Of a stretch of 64,000 bases of DNA, positions 56,282 to 64,000 are shown piece after piece. The notes beneath the pieces are model-generated. The model searched no databases, had not been told where the DNA came from, and saw only the letters and a program-made list of their open reading frames with translations. This DNA is from an uncultured Planctomycetaceae bacterium (GTDB lineage: Bacteria; Planctomycetota; Planctomycetia; Planctomycetales; Planctomycetaceae): contig CAXBME010000014.1 of assembly GCA_963976765.1 (NCBI GenBank), forward strand, positions 124,001 to 188,000, given 5' to 3'. The position numbers and the translations under genes were made by a program. Each line of letters begins with the position of its first letter. Positions within the stretch are counted from its first letter, which is position 1.

Positions 56282-58915
56282 CTACTGTTTTTTTTTCAGT
56301 TCTTCGATCGACTTATTGTCGAACCGAAAAACGGGAGCTTTCACCTGAGCGTAGCCTTCGAACGAAACCTGTCCGGTCGATGCAGACTCGTCGCTGGCCG
56401 ATTCGTTGAGAATTCCGTCCAGGATTCCTCGCAGCACCGGATCAGCCGGTTGTTTGACCGGAGCTGCCTTGTCCGTTGTCTGTGAACTCATGCCTTTGGA
56501 AACTTGTGGAGGGGCCACACTGAAGGCACCTGCGCCACCGCCACCAAATCCGCCGCCTTGTTGTCCCCCCTGCTGCCCGCCAACTCCGCCAGCACCACCC
56601 TGGCCACCACCAAGTGCACCGCCGGCACCGCCACCAAGCGACAGAGCGTTAAGCTGGACCACCAGGTCACCCACTGGGTAAACGCGAGTCGACAGTTTTT
56701 CGTTGGCAACTTCGACTGTCGTAACCTTCATGACTTCGTCTTCAATCACGTAGGTCAGTTCGAATTCTGACAGCATGATTTTCAAAGCACTTTGCAGGGT
56801 TACCCCGGCCAAAGTCAGGTTGACCGGCTCATCAACCAGCAGTCCGGCTTCCTCAATCGCAACAACGTCCAGAATGATCGGGATTTCGTGGGTACGTGAA
56901 AGGAAGTCAACCACGTCAGTCAAAGGCGTATCAGCAAAATTGATCGTCGTCTGATCATCCAGAGCAGCCGTAATACGTCGCTCGGCTGTCGTCGCTTTGT
57001 GAAGGTCAACAGACGCGTACTGTTTTCGACGTTCGGTCAGTGCCTTCCAGACTTCCGGTCGCGGCCATCGAATCGGTGGCTCGTCCGGGAATGGAACATG
57101 CGATCGTTCGACCTGTTCGAGAGTTTCCAGGAACCGGTCAGCTCGCAGAGAACGCATAAAGAATGCCGTGTACAGCTGCCCGCTGGCCTCAGACACGACC
57201 TGAGCTGCCGTGGCAACGCTCTTGCCTGGCTGCAGATTGACGGCTTCTTCCGCCACGGCTTCCGCTTCAAGATACTTGTCCGGCTCGCCGTGCGAGGCGG
57301 TTTCGATCAACGATCGAACATTGTCGATCAAACGTTCGAGTCGGTCGTCGTTGATCGCGATGTCGTCGATCAATCGACGTTGTGCTTCGATCGCGGCCAC
57401 TCGCTCCTGAGCACGGATTGACCGCAACTCGGACACTTCTTTCTGACCTTTCACATCAGCCAGCACGCCCTGAAGTCTCTTCGCCAGAGCGATCCGTTGA
57501 TCCGGGTCGATGTCTTCGGCCGCTTTCACAGCACCGATTGCTCGTTTGATGATGCTGAGTGCCGCATCCGGATCCTCTTCCGCAATTCGACGTGCTTCCT
57601 GAATTGTTCGAGCGGTAATCGATTGAAACTGCTGAGTTTTGATCGCCTGCAGAACTTCGATTTCGGCAATCAGACTACCTGTCTGCAACTGAGTTGTCGC
57701 GTCAGCAGTCGGAGCATTGGGGTCGGCTGGCTGCGATACCTGGCTGATCGTCTGAAACTTTGCAGCCGACTTCGTCAGCCGAGCCGCCTGCTCATTCAAA
57801 GGATCCAGGTTGTGAATTGCCTTGCCGTATTCGGCAGCCTGATTCAAGTCACGGTTGAGCAACGCAGCGTCTCCCAGCGCAGACAACTGATCGATCTGTC
57901 GAGTAAACGCATCCTTCGCGGCGTTCAGCATCTGCTCACCAGCGAACGGTGCATCGACTGACGAATGCTCGACCCGTTGAGCAAGCGTCACCAGAAACGC
58001 GTTGTCAGCGTTCGCGGAGGCAGCATCGACTCCCCAGCGGACAGCATCCGTTCCAAACTGAGCCGCAACAGTCGCTGGAGCCTTTCCTCGTGTCAGATAA
58101 ACCGTCGCTCGATCGCCTCGAAGCGGCAGAGCTGCGGCAGGCAGAAGCGTCGTTTCCTCTGAATCGACCGAAATGTCCGAAGGATAAACGACGGTCTGCT
58201 CAGCGGTTTGAGCGAGAGTTGCACCGAGAATTCGAGCAGAAGTCGCACCGTCGTCAAGAACGATGTTTCCGCCGGTCCAGTTGGCAAGAACGCCCAGCAG
58301 TTGCAGGTCGCGGCGAGGTCCGATCGCGTAGCTGTTGACGGCAACCTGACTGGTTCGAAATTCGTCGACCAGAGCCTGCAACCGAGCGGCTGGAATCAGG
58401 CGAAGCCCGCTGACTCCGTCGCCAATGTAAACGACCGATGCGTTCTTTGCTGTTTTTGCCGAGTCAAGTGCCGTCTGAAGTGCTCGGCCCAGGTCGGTTG
58501 CTCCAAGCGGAGCCCGTCGAGCGAGCAACGCTCGAGCACGATCAGCAGACTCTCCTTTTGTGGCAGTCAGCCCCTGCGTCAATTCTTCCGGAGCGACGTC
58601 GACGGCAAACAGGCGGAAGCGGCTGCCGTCAGCGAGGTTCGCCAGAAAGGCATCCAGAGTTGCCAGTGCCTGCACCCGGTGACCGCCGGTCTGGCTGGCC
58701 GAGGTATCCACAAGGACGATGTGGTCTCGAACGGTCAACGTGTCGGCAGACTTTGGAGCCCGCAGCAACACGGCCTGGACGGTGTCGCCAGACTCGGCAC
58801 GGTACTGAAGCACTTTCGCCTGAGGAGCCTCTTCGGCTCTGACGGCTTGTGCAACACAAAGTGCCAGCGTGACTGACAGCCCCATAATCGCGGTGCGAGT
58901 GGTGCGGAACGGCAT
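56282..58915 (-). CDS. Secreted VWA-domain protein with helical region and STN/secretin-N-like domain
   Basis: GGAG RBS, Sec signal (AVRA/EE), MIDAS VDTSAS..GATD..YIGDG, HVPFPDEPP, FADTPLTDVVDFL...TRVYPVGDLV, Gly-rich linker, ends LKKKQ. Confidence 0.88.
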   Translation of the reverse strand: MPFRTTRTAIMGLSVTLALCVAQAVRAEEAPQAKVLQYRAESGDTVQAVLLRAPKSADTLTVRDHIVLVDTSASQTGGHRVQALATLDAFLANLADGSRFRLFAVDVAPEELTQGLTATKGESADRARALLARRAPLGATDLGRALQTALDSAKTAKNASVVYIGDGVSGLRLIPAARLQALVDEFRTSQVAVNSYAIGPRRDLQLLGVLANWTGGNIVLDDGATSARILGATLAQTAEQTVVYPSDISVDSEETTLLPAAALPLRGDRATVYLTRGKAPATVAAQFGTDAVRWGVDAASANADNAFLVTLAQRVEHSSVDAPFAGEQMLNAAKDAFTRQIDQLSALGDAALLNRDLNQAAEYGKAIHNLDPLNEQAARLTKSAAKFQTISQVSQPADPNAPTADATTQLQTGSLIAEIEVLQAIKTQQFQSITARTIQEARRIAEEDPDAALSIIKRAIGAVKAAEDIDPDQRIALAKRLQGVLADVKGQKEVSELRSIRAQERVAAIEAQRRLIDDIAINDDRLERLIDNVRSLIETASHGEPDKYLEAEAVAEEAVNLQPGKSVATAAQVVSEASGQLYTAFFMRSLRADRFLETLEQVERSHVPFPDEPPIRWPRPEVWKALTERRKQYASVDLHKATTAERRITAALDDQTTINFADTPLTDVVDFLSRTHEIPIILDVVAIEEAGLLVDEPVNLTLAGVTLQSALKIMLSEFELTYVIEDEVMKVTTVEVANEKLSTRVYPVGDLVVQLNALSLGGGAGGALGGGQGGAGGVGGQQGGQQGGGFGGGGAGAFSVAPPQVSKGMSSQTTDKAAPVKQPADPVLRGILDGILNESASDESASTGQVSFEGYAQVKAPVFRFDNKSIEELKKKQ

Positions 58916-59263
58916 ACTGATGTTCTCCGAATTTCGCGAAATCCGCTGATGCCGGACAAAATCGTGCGACATCCTGCTCGTTTGTAATCGTGTGTTCGGG
59001 GTCAAAACCCGAGTCGCAATCTGTTGCCCTCTGCCAGCCACCGGACCGGGATTTCGGATGCCAGTGTTAAGAGCCGCAAATTAAGACCTTTGGAGTCTAC
59101 CCGCCGCAGCGCAACGTGGAGAAGGATTTTTTCCACATTCCAATCAGTTTCCAACGACCTCGAGCGCACAGCACGAGGAATGCTCAAGGTCCGATCCGAA
59201 TTGGCAGGTTCTGAGGACACGACCAGTCCCACCGGATCAAACGACAAGGGACGACCTGACCTG

Positions 59264-60463
59264 TCAGTCAAACCTGACCGCTAACCGATCAACGATTAAA
59301 TTCCCGATATTCAACGCAGCCGTTGCTGCCGGAGACGGAGCATTGCAGACATTGACCACTCGATCTGATTCCTGAATGAGGAAATCGTCCAGAAGTTTAC
59401 CGTCGCGTCCCAGCGCCTGAGCACGCACGCCGGCCGGTGCGTATTCCAGATGCTCGCTGCGGATCTCTGGAATCAGCCGCTGCAGCGCTTTCACAAAGGC
59501 TGCTTTACTGAACGACCGCCACATCTCACCGCAGCCGGTCTTCCAGTTTTTTGCCGCCATCCGGATGAAACCTGGATAAGTAAGCGACTCGACCAGATCC
59601 CGCAGATTGATGTCCATCTTCGTGTAACCCTCGCGGGCAAATGCCAGAACAGCATTGGGGCCGCACTCGACACCGCCAAGGGCCATCCTCGTGAAGTGAA
59701 CTCCCAGAAACGGAAACTGTGGATCCGGTACCGGATAAATCAGCGCTCGACAGAGATGTTGTGCGTCAGGTTTCAGTTCGAAGTACTCACCACGAAACGG
59801 AACCGTTTTCGCTTCAGGCTGCTGCCCACTCATCTTCGTCACGCGGTCGCTGTACAACCCCGTGCAATTGACAATGAATTTTGATTCGAAATCGCCTGCG
59901 GACGTCTGTACGACAGAACTCTCAGCCTGATGCTTCATCCCGATGACGCGAGTTCCCAACTGAATTTCCGTGCCCGTTGCGCGAAGCAGTTCTCCCAGTT
60001 TCTGACAGACACCGACGTAATCGACGATGCCCGCTTCCGGCACATGAAGAGCTCTAATTCCCGCCGTGTGAGGCTCCAGTTCGCGCAACTCGTCCGCGTC
60101 GATCGGTCGGCACTGGACTCCGTTGGCCTGACCACGTTCGTAGATCCGTTCGAGGTTTGAAAACTCCGACTCGTCAACGGCGACAATCACCTTCCCGCAC
60201 AACTCATAGGTGATACCGTGTTCCTCGCAAAAGGCTTCCATCGCCTTCTTGCCTTCGCGGCAATTGACCGCACGCAGAGACCCCGGCTTGTAATAGATGC
60301 CCGAATGCAGAACGCCTGAGTTCCGCCCGGTCTGATGAAAGGCCAGCTGAGACTCTTTTTCGATCAACCTGATCTTCAAATCGGGATGCCGTTGCCGCAG
60401 CCGCCACGCGGTAGACAGTCCAACAATCCCTCCTCCGAGTACAACGACATCGCAAACCGGCAT
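59264..60463 (-). CDS. lhgO: L-2-hydroxyglutarate oxidase
   Basis: GGGIVG FAD motif, [49 protein letters not shown]. Confidence 0.95.
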   Translation of the reverse strand: MPVCDVVVLGGGIVGLSTAWRLRQRHPDLKIRLIEKESQLAFHQTGRNSGVLHSGIYYKPGSLRAVNCREGKKAMEAFCEEHGITYELCGKVIVAVDESEFSNLERIYERGQANGVQCRPIDADELRELEPHTAGIRALHVPEAGIVDYVGVCQKLGELLRATGTEIQLGTRVIGMKHQAESSVVQTSAGDFESKFIVNCTGLYSDRVTKMSGQQPEAKTVPFRGEYFELKPDAQHLCRALIYPVPDPQFPFLGVHFTRMALGGVECGPNAVLAFAREGYTKMDINLRDLVESLTYPGFIRMAAKNWKTGCGEMWRSFSKAAFVKALQRLIPEIRSEHLEYAPAGVRAQALGRDGKLLDDFLIQESDRVVNVCNAPSPAATAALNIGNLIVDRLAVRFD

Positions 60464-60801
60464 CGACGCTCCGTCCTTAAGTCCATACACCGACCACGAA
60501 CTACCCAGGCACTCCTCATGGCGCAAGCACCCGTGGAATGTCACCGCTCAGCGGTCAGATTAATGAGGCAGCCGTCTCCCAACCAGCTTGCGTGCCAGAG
60601 TCGGAAGCCCCAAGGCATAACGTCTGCCCCTTATATTATTCTCAGCAAAAGCTTCCTCACATTCCCGCCGGGTCGGTGAACTGGGCTGCACGGAGACGAG
60701 CGACGAGTTTATACTCTTCGCCCCTCCCGAAACTCCCGCCGCACCGCATGATTTGCTATTTGCGGAATTCGCACCGATTTCACAGCACCGCGAGAACAAC
60801 A

Positions 60802-63800
60802 ATGTTCGTGCCCCCTCGAAGTTCGATTGGATTCCCGTCATCACTGCCGGTTGCCGCCTTCGCAGCCGCCATGATGCTTTCTCAAATGCTGAGTCCGACA
60901 TTCGCGACGGACTCAGTTCCCGACGCGACCGACAGCTCGGCCCAGGCTAAATTTTTCGAAACAAAGATTCGCCCGGTATTGTCCGCTCGGTGTTTCAAGT
61001 GCCACGGCAAAGACAAGCAAAGCGGAGGATTACGCGTCGACGCGCTCAGCACCCTGTTAAAGGGCGGCGAGTCCGGCACGGCCCTGGTCGCTGGCAAGCC
61101 TGATGAAAGTCTGCTGGTTGAAGCCATCAACTGGGAATCGTTCGAAATGCCTCCCAGCGGAAAACTGCCAGCTGAAGAGATTGCTCTGCTGACAAAGTGG
61201 ATCGCCGACGGAGCGTTCTGGCCCGAGCATGACGCGGTGTTGCGCGACGACGCACCGGCAGCGCCGAAGATCACGGATGAAGACCGCAAGTGGTGGGCGT
61301 TCCAGCCTGTCACCAATCCACCGGTGCCCACAGCTGATCCTGCCGGCTGGGCGCGCAATGAGATCGACCACTTTATTCTTGAAAAGCTCAACGCCGCCAG
61401 ACTGACACCTGCCGCTGAAGCGGACCGCCGCACACTCATCCGCCGGGTCTATGCCGATGTCATCGGCCTGCCGCCAGGTAACGACGAGGTCGAAGCCTTC
61501 GTCAATGACGAAGCTCCTGACGCCTGGCAGAAAGTCATCGACCGCCTGCTCGACAGCCCACAATACGGAGAGCGCTGGGGACGTCACTGGCTCGACCTGG
61601 TCCGCTACTCGGAGTCCGACGGCTACCGCGCCGACGGCTATCGTCCCACCATGTGGCGTTACCGCGACTGGGTCATTAAATCGTTCAACAATGACAAGCC
61701 GTTTGACCAGTTCGTGCGAGAGCAGATCGCCGGCGACGAACTCGATCCTCACAACCCGGATGCCGTCGTCGCAACGGCGTACTGGCGGCTTTACCTCTAC
61801 GAATACAACCAGCGCGACGTTCGCGGGCACTGGCGAGCGATCATCGACGAACTGACCGATATCACCGGCGAAGCCTTCCTGGGCATGAGCGTTGGCTGTG
61901 CAAAGTGTCACGACCACAAGTTCGACCCGATTCTTCGCGAAGACTATTTCCGGTTGCAGGCGTTCTTTTCATCCATCGAGCCACGAGACGACGTTCCACT
62001 CGCCACTCCCGCACAGAAGTCAGCCTTCGACAAACAGCAATCCGAATGGGAAGTCAAGACGCGTGAGCTGCGAGACCAGATCGACGCCATCAAAGCACCG
62101 TACCTCGCCCGGCAGCGCAGGTCGGCTGTTGAGAAGTTTCCGCCCGATGTTCGAGAGATCGCGAAGCGGCCAGAGACAGAGTGGAACTCGCACGATCGTC
62201 AGATCATGAACCTGGTGCAACGACAGATCGACTTCGAGTATGACCGCATGAAGCTGAAGGATGAGGACCAGAAGAAGGTCGACGCTTTGAATGACGAACT
62301 GAAAAAGTTCGACAAATTGAAACCAGCCCCCTTCCCTGTTTCGCTGACTGTGACTGACGCCGGCCCATCGCCGACTCCAACCGCGATTCCGGACGACCGA
62401 CGACGACGTGACATTCTCCCCGGAATCCTGACCGTGCTGGATCCGGCTCCAGCTGAAGTCGTCCGGCCGGAGCTGGCTCCGGATTCCACCGGTCGTCGCT
62501 CAGCCCTCGCACGCTGGGTCACCTCGCCGGACAACCCATTGTCGACGCGCGTCATCGTCAACCGGATCTGGCAGCACCATTTCGGCAAAGGCATCGTCGA
62601 AACGTCCAGCGACTTCGGTCACCTGGGAGAAGCTCCCAGCCATCCTGAGCTGCTCGACTGGTTGACGACCTACTTCGTCGAGAATGGCCAAAGCTTCAAA
62701 ACCATGCATCGACTGATCCTGAATTCAGCAACCTACCGACAATCTGCCGAGCATTCCGAAGCCAGAAAGTACGCCCTGACCGATCCTCGTAACCGCCTTC
62801 GCTGGCGATGGGATATCCGGCGGTTGGCTGCGGAACAGATTCGCGACGCCGTCCTGGCAACGTCGGGAGAACTTGACTCCAAAGCGGGAGGGGCCGCCGT
62901 CGCCGCTTCAACGCCAAGACGATCTGTCTATACAAAAGTTGTCCGCAACTCGCCCGATCCAATGCTCAAAGCATTCGACGTCGCCGACGGCTTCAACAGC
63001 ACCGCATCACGCGACGTGACGACAACTCCCACTCAGTCGTTACTCATGATGAACGGGCAATGGATGCTTGCCCGGTCGGCAGCGTTCGCGAAACGTGTGG
63101 ACCAGACCGTGGCAAAGAATCTCAGTCCGGGGTCGAACGTCGGTCATGCCGCAATTCAAGCTGCCTGGCAGTTCGCTCTCGGTCGGTCGCCCAGAGATTC
63201 CGAACTGGAAGCGGCCAGTCGCTATCTGGCGAGCCTGGGAGATTCTCCGACGTCTCCACCAGCAATTACATCAGTCCTCAACGCCACACAGAGCAAAGCG
63301 GCAGACATAAACGGCGACAACGCCAGCACCACCTTCAAGACTGCTGATGCCAGCAAACTGCCGACCGAAGATTTCACGATCGAAGCCATTATCGAGCTTA
63401 AGTCTCTGTATCCGGATGCGAGTGTTCGGACGATCGTTTCTCACTGGAACGGCGATACTGCTCATCGTGGGTGGAACTTCGGGGTCACCAGCACGAAGTC
63501 GGCATACAAACCTCGAAACCTGATTCTTCAATTGATCGGCGGAGAACCTCGCCAGGCCGGAACCGACAAACCAACGTACGAAGTCATCGCTTCCAACCTT
63601 CGCCCGGAACTGAACCGACCGTACTACGTGGCGGTCTCGGTCGACGTCGACACAACGTCGGATGCGGGTGTCACGTTCTTCATGAAGGATCTGTCGACAC
63701 TCGACGCACCACTCCAAACTGCATCCATTTCACACAAAGTCATCGGCGACTTTCACAACGATCTGAAGCTGACCATCGGCGACCGCGACGGCACTCGACG

Positions 63801-64000
63801 CAGCCGCTGGGACGGCCTGATCGACAACGTCCGCGTGTCTCTCGCCAAGCTCCCCGCCGATCAACTCCTGATCAACGATGGGGCTCCCAGCAACGTTTCC
63901 GGATTCTGGGAATTCGACACCGTAGACTCGCCAGGTCGCGACAAATCCAAGGCAGAAAACCACTTGAGTGTCGCCACCAATTCTTCGCAATCGACCAGCG
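60802..64000 (+). CDS. Planctomycete cytochrome c (PSCyt1) + DUF1549 + DUF1553 + LamG protein; 3' end runs off the window
   Basis: Not in the ORF track because it is truncated. Frame +1: FFETKIRPVLSARCFKCHG, WAFQP, YGERWGRHWLD, CAKCHDHKFDP, VNRIWQHHFG, PSHPELLDWL, then DFTIEA LamG. Confidence 0.93.
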   Translation, partial: MFVPPRSSIGFPSSLPVAAFAAAMMLSQMLSPTFATDSVPDATDSSAQAKFFETKIRPVLSARCFKCHGKDKQSGGLRVDALSTLLKGGESGTALVAGKPDESLLVEAINWESFEMPPSGKLPAEEIALLTKWIADGAFWPEHDAVLRDDAPAAPKITDEDRKWWAFQPVTNPPVPTADPAGWARNEIDHFILEKLNAARLTPAAEADRRTLIRRVYADVIGLPPGNDEVEAFVNDEAPDAWQKVIDRLLDSPQYGERWGRHWLDLVRYSESDGYRADGYRPTMWRYRDWVIKSFNNDKPFDQFVREQIAGDELDPHNPDAVVATAYWRLYLYEYNQRDVRGHWRAIIDELTDITGEAFLGMSVGCAKCHDHKFDPILREDYFRLQAFFSSIEPRDDVPLATPAQKSAFDKQQSEWEVKTRELRDQIDAIKAPYLARQRRSAVEKFPPDVREIAKRPETEWNSHDRQIMNLVQRQIDFEYDRMKLKDEDQKKVDALNDELKKFDKLKPAPFPVSLTVTDAGPSPTPTAIPDDRRRRDILPGILTVLDPAPAEVVRPELAPDSTGRRSALARWVTSPDNPLSTRVIVNRIWQHHFGKGIVETSSDFGHLGEAPSHPELLDWLTTYFVENGQSFKTMHRLILNSATYRQSAEHSEARKYALTDPRNRLRWRWDIRRLAAEQIRDAVLATSGELDSKAGGAAVAASTPRRSVYTKVVRNSPDPMLKAFDVADGFNSTASRDVTTTPTQSLLMMNGQWMLARSAAFAKRVDQTVAKNLSPGSNVGHAAIQAAWQFALGRSPRDSELEAASRYLASLGDSPTSPPAITSVLNATQSKAADINGDNASTTFKTADASKLPTEDFTIEAIIELKSLYPDASVRTIVSHWNGDTAHRGWNFGVTSTKSAYKPRNLILQLIGGEPRQAGTDKPTYEVIASNLRPELNRPYYVAVSVDVDTTSDAGVTFFMKDLSTLDAPLQTASISHKVIGDFHNDLKLTIGDRDGTRRSRWDGLIDNVRVSLAKLPADQLLINDGAPSNVSGFWEFDTVDSPGRDKSKAENHLSVATNSSQSTS

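Noticed and set aside
60882..63990. Minus-strand ORFs of 60-286 aa
   Set aside because: Shadows of the plus-strand PSCyt/DUF1549/DUF1553 gene, which the ORF track missed because it runs off the window.

Overview
This 64 kb window looks like a planctomycete (Planctomycetaceae-like) chromosome, judged from DUF1559, PSCyt/PSD1, sulfatase, CRTAC1 and LExRxLL-type proteins. Housekeeping and metabolic genes (galM, sulfatase, rdgB, cnoX-like, 5-formyl-THF cyclo-ligase, metG, purQ, lhgO) flank a ~35 kb co-oriented minus-strand surface/adhesion block at 12516-47846. In transcription order the block holds a 7721-aa giant exoprotein, a GT-C-like membrane protein overlapping a membrane SAM-dependent transferase, four atypical Flp-like pilins, a doubled CpaB, TadA, TadB and TadC, and it ends at a decayed ISAs1. 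Best leads: (1) an A9 slippery run with a downstream stem-loop at ~56288 that would fuse a VWA/STN protein to a start-less TPR/secretin-tail ORF by a -1 shift; (2) a duplicated pilin cassette whose non-coding leader and trailer are conserved, structured and show pairing-preserving changes, behind a sigma54-type promoter; (3) a possible pilin-modification gene pair; (4) flagellar-hook-like modules inserted inside the giant protein; (5) a 6S-RNA-like rod upstream of the cyclo-ligase gene. All family calls come from motif recognition by eye; no searches were run.
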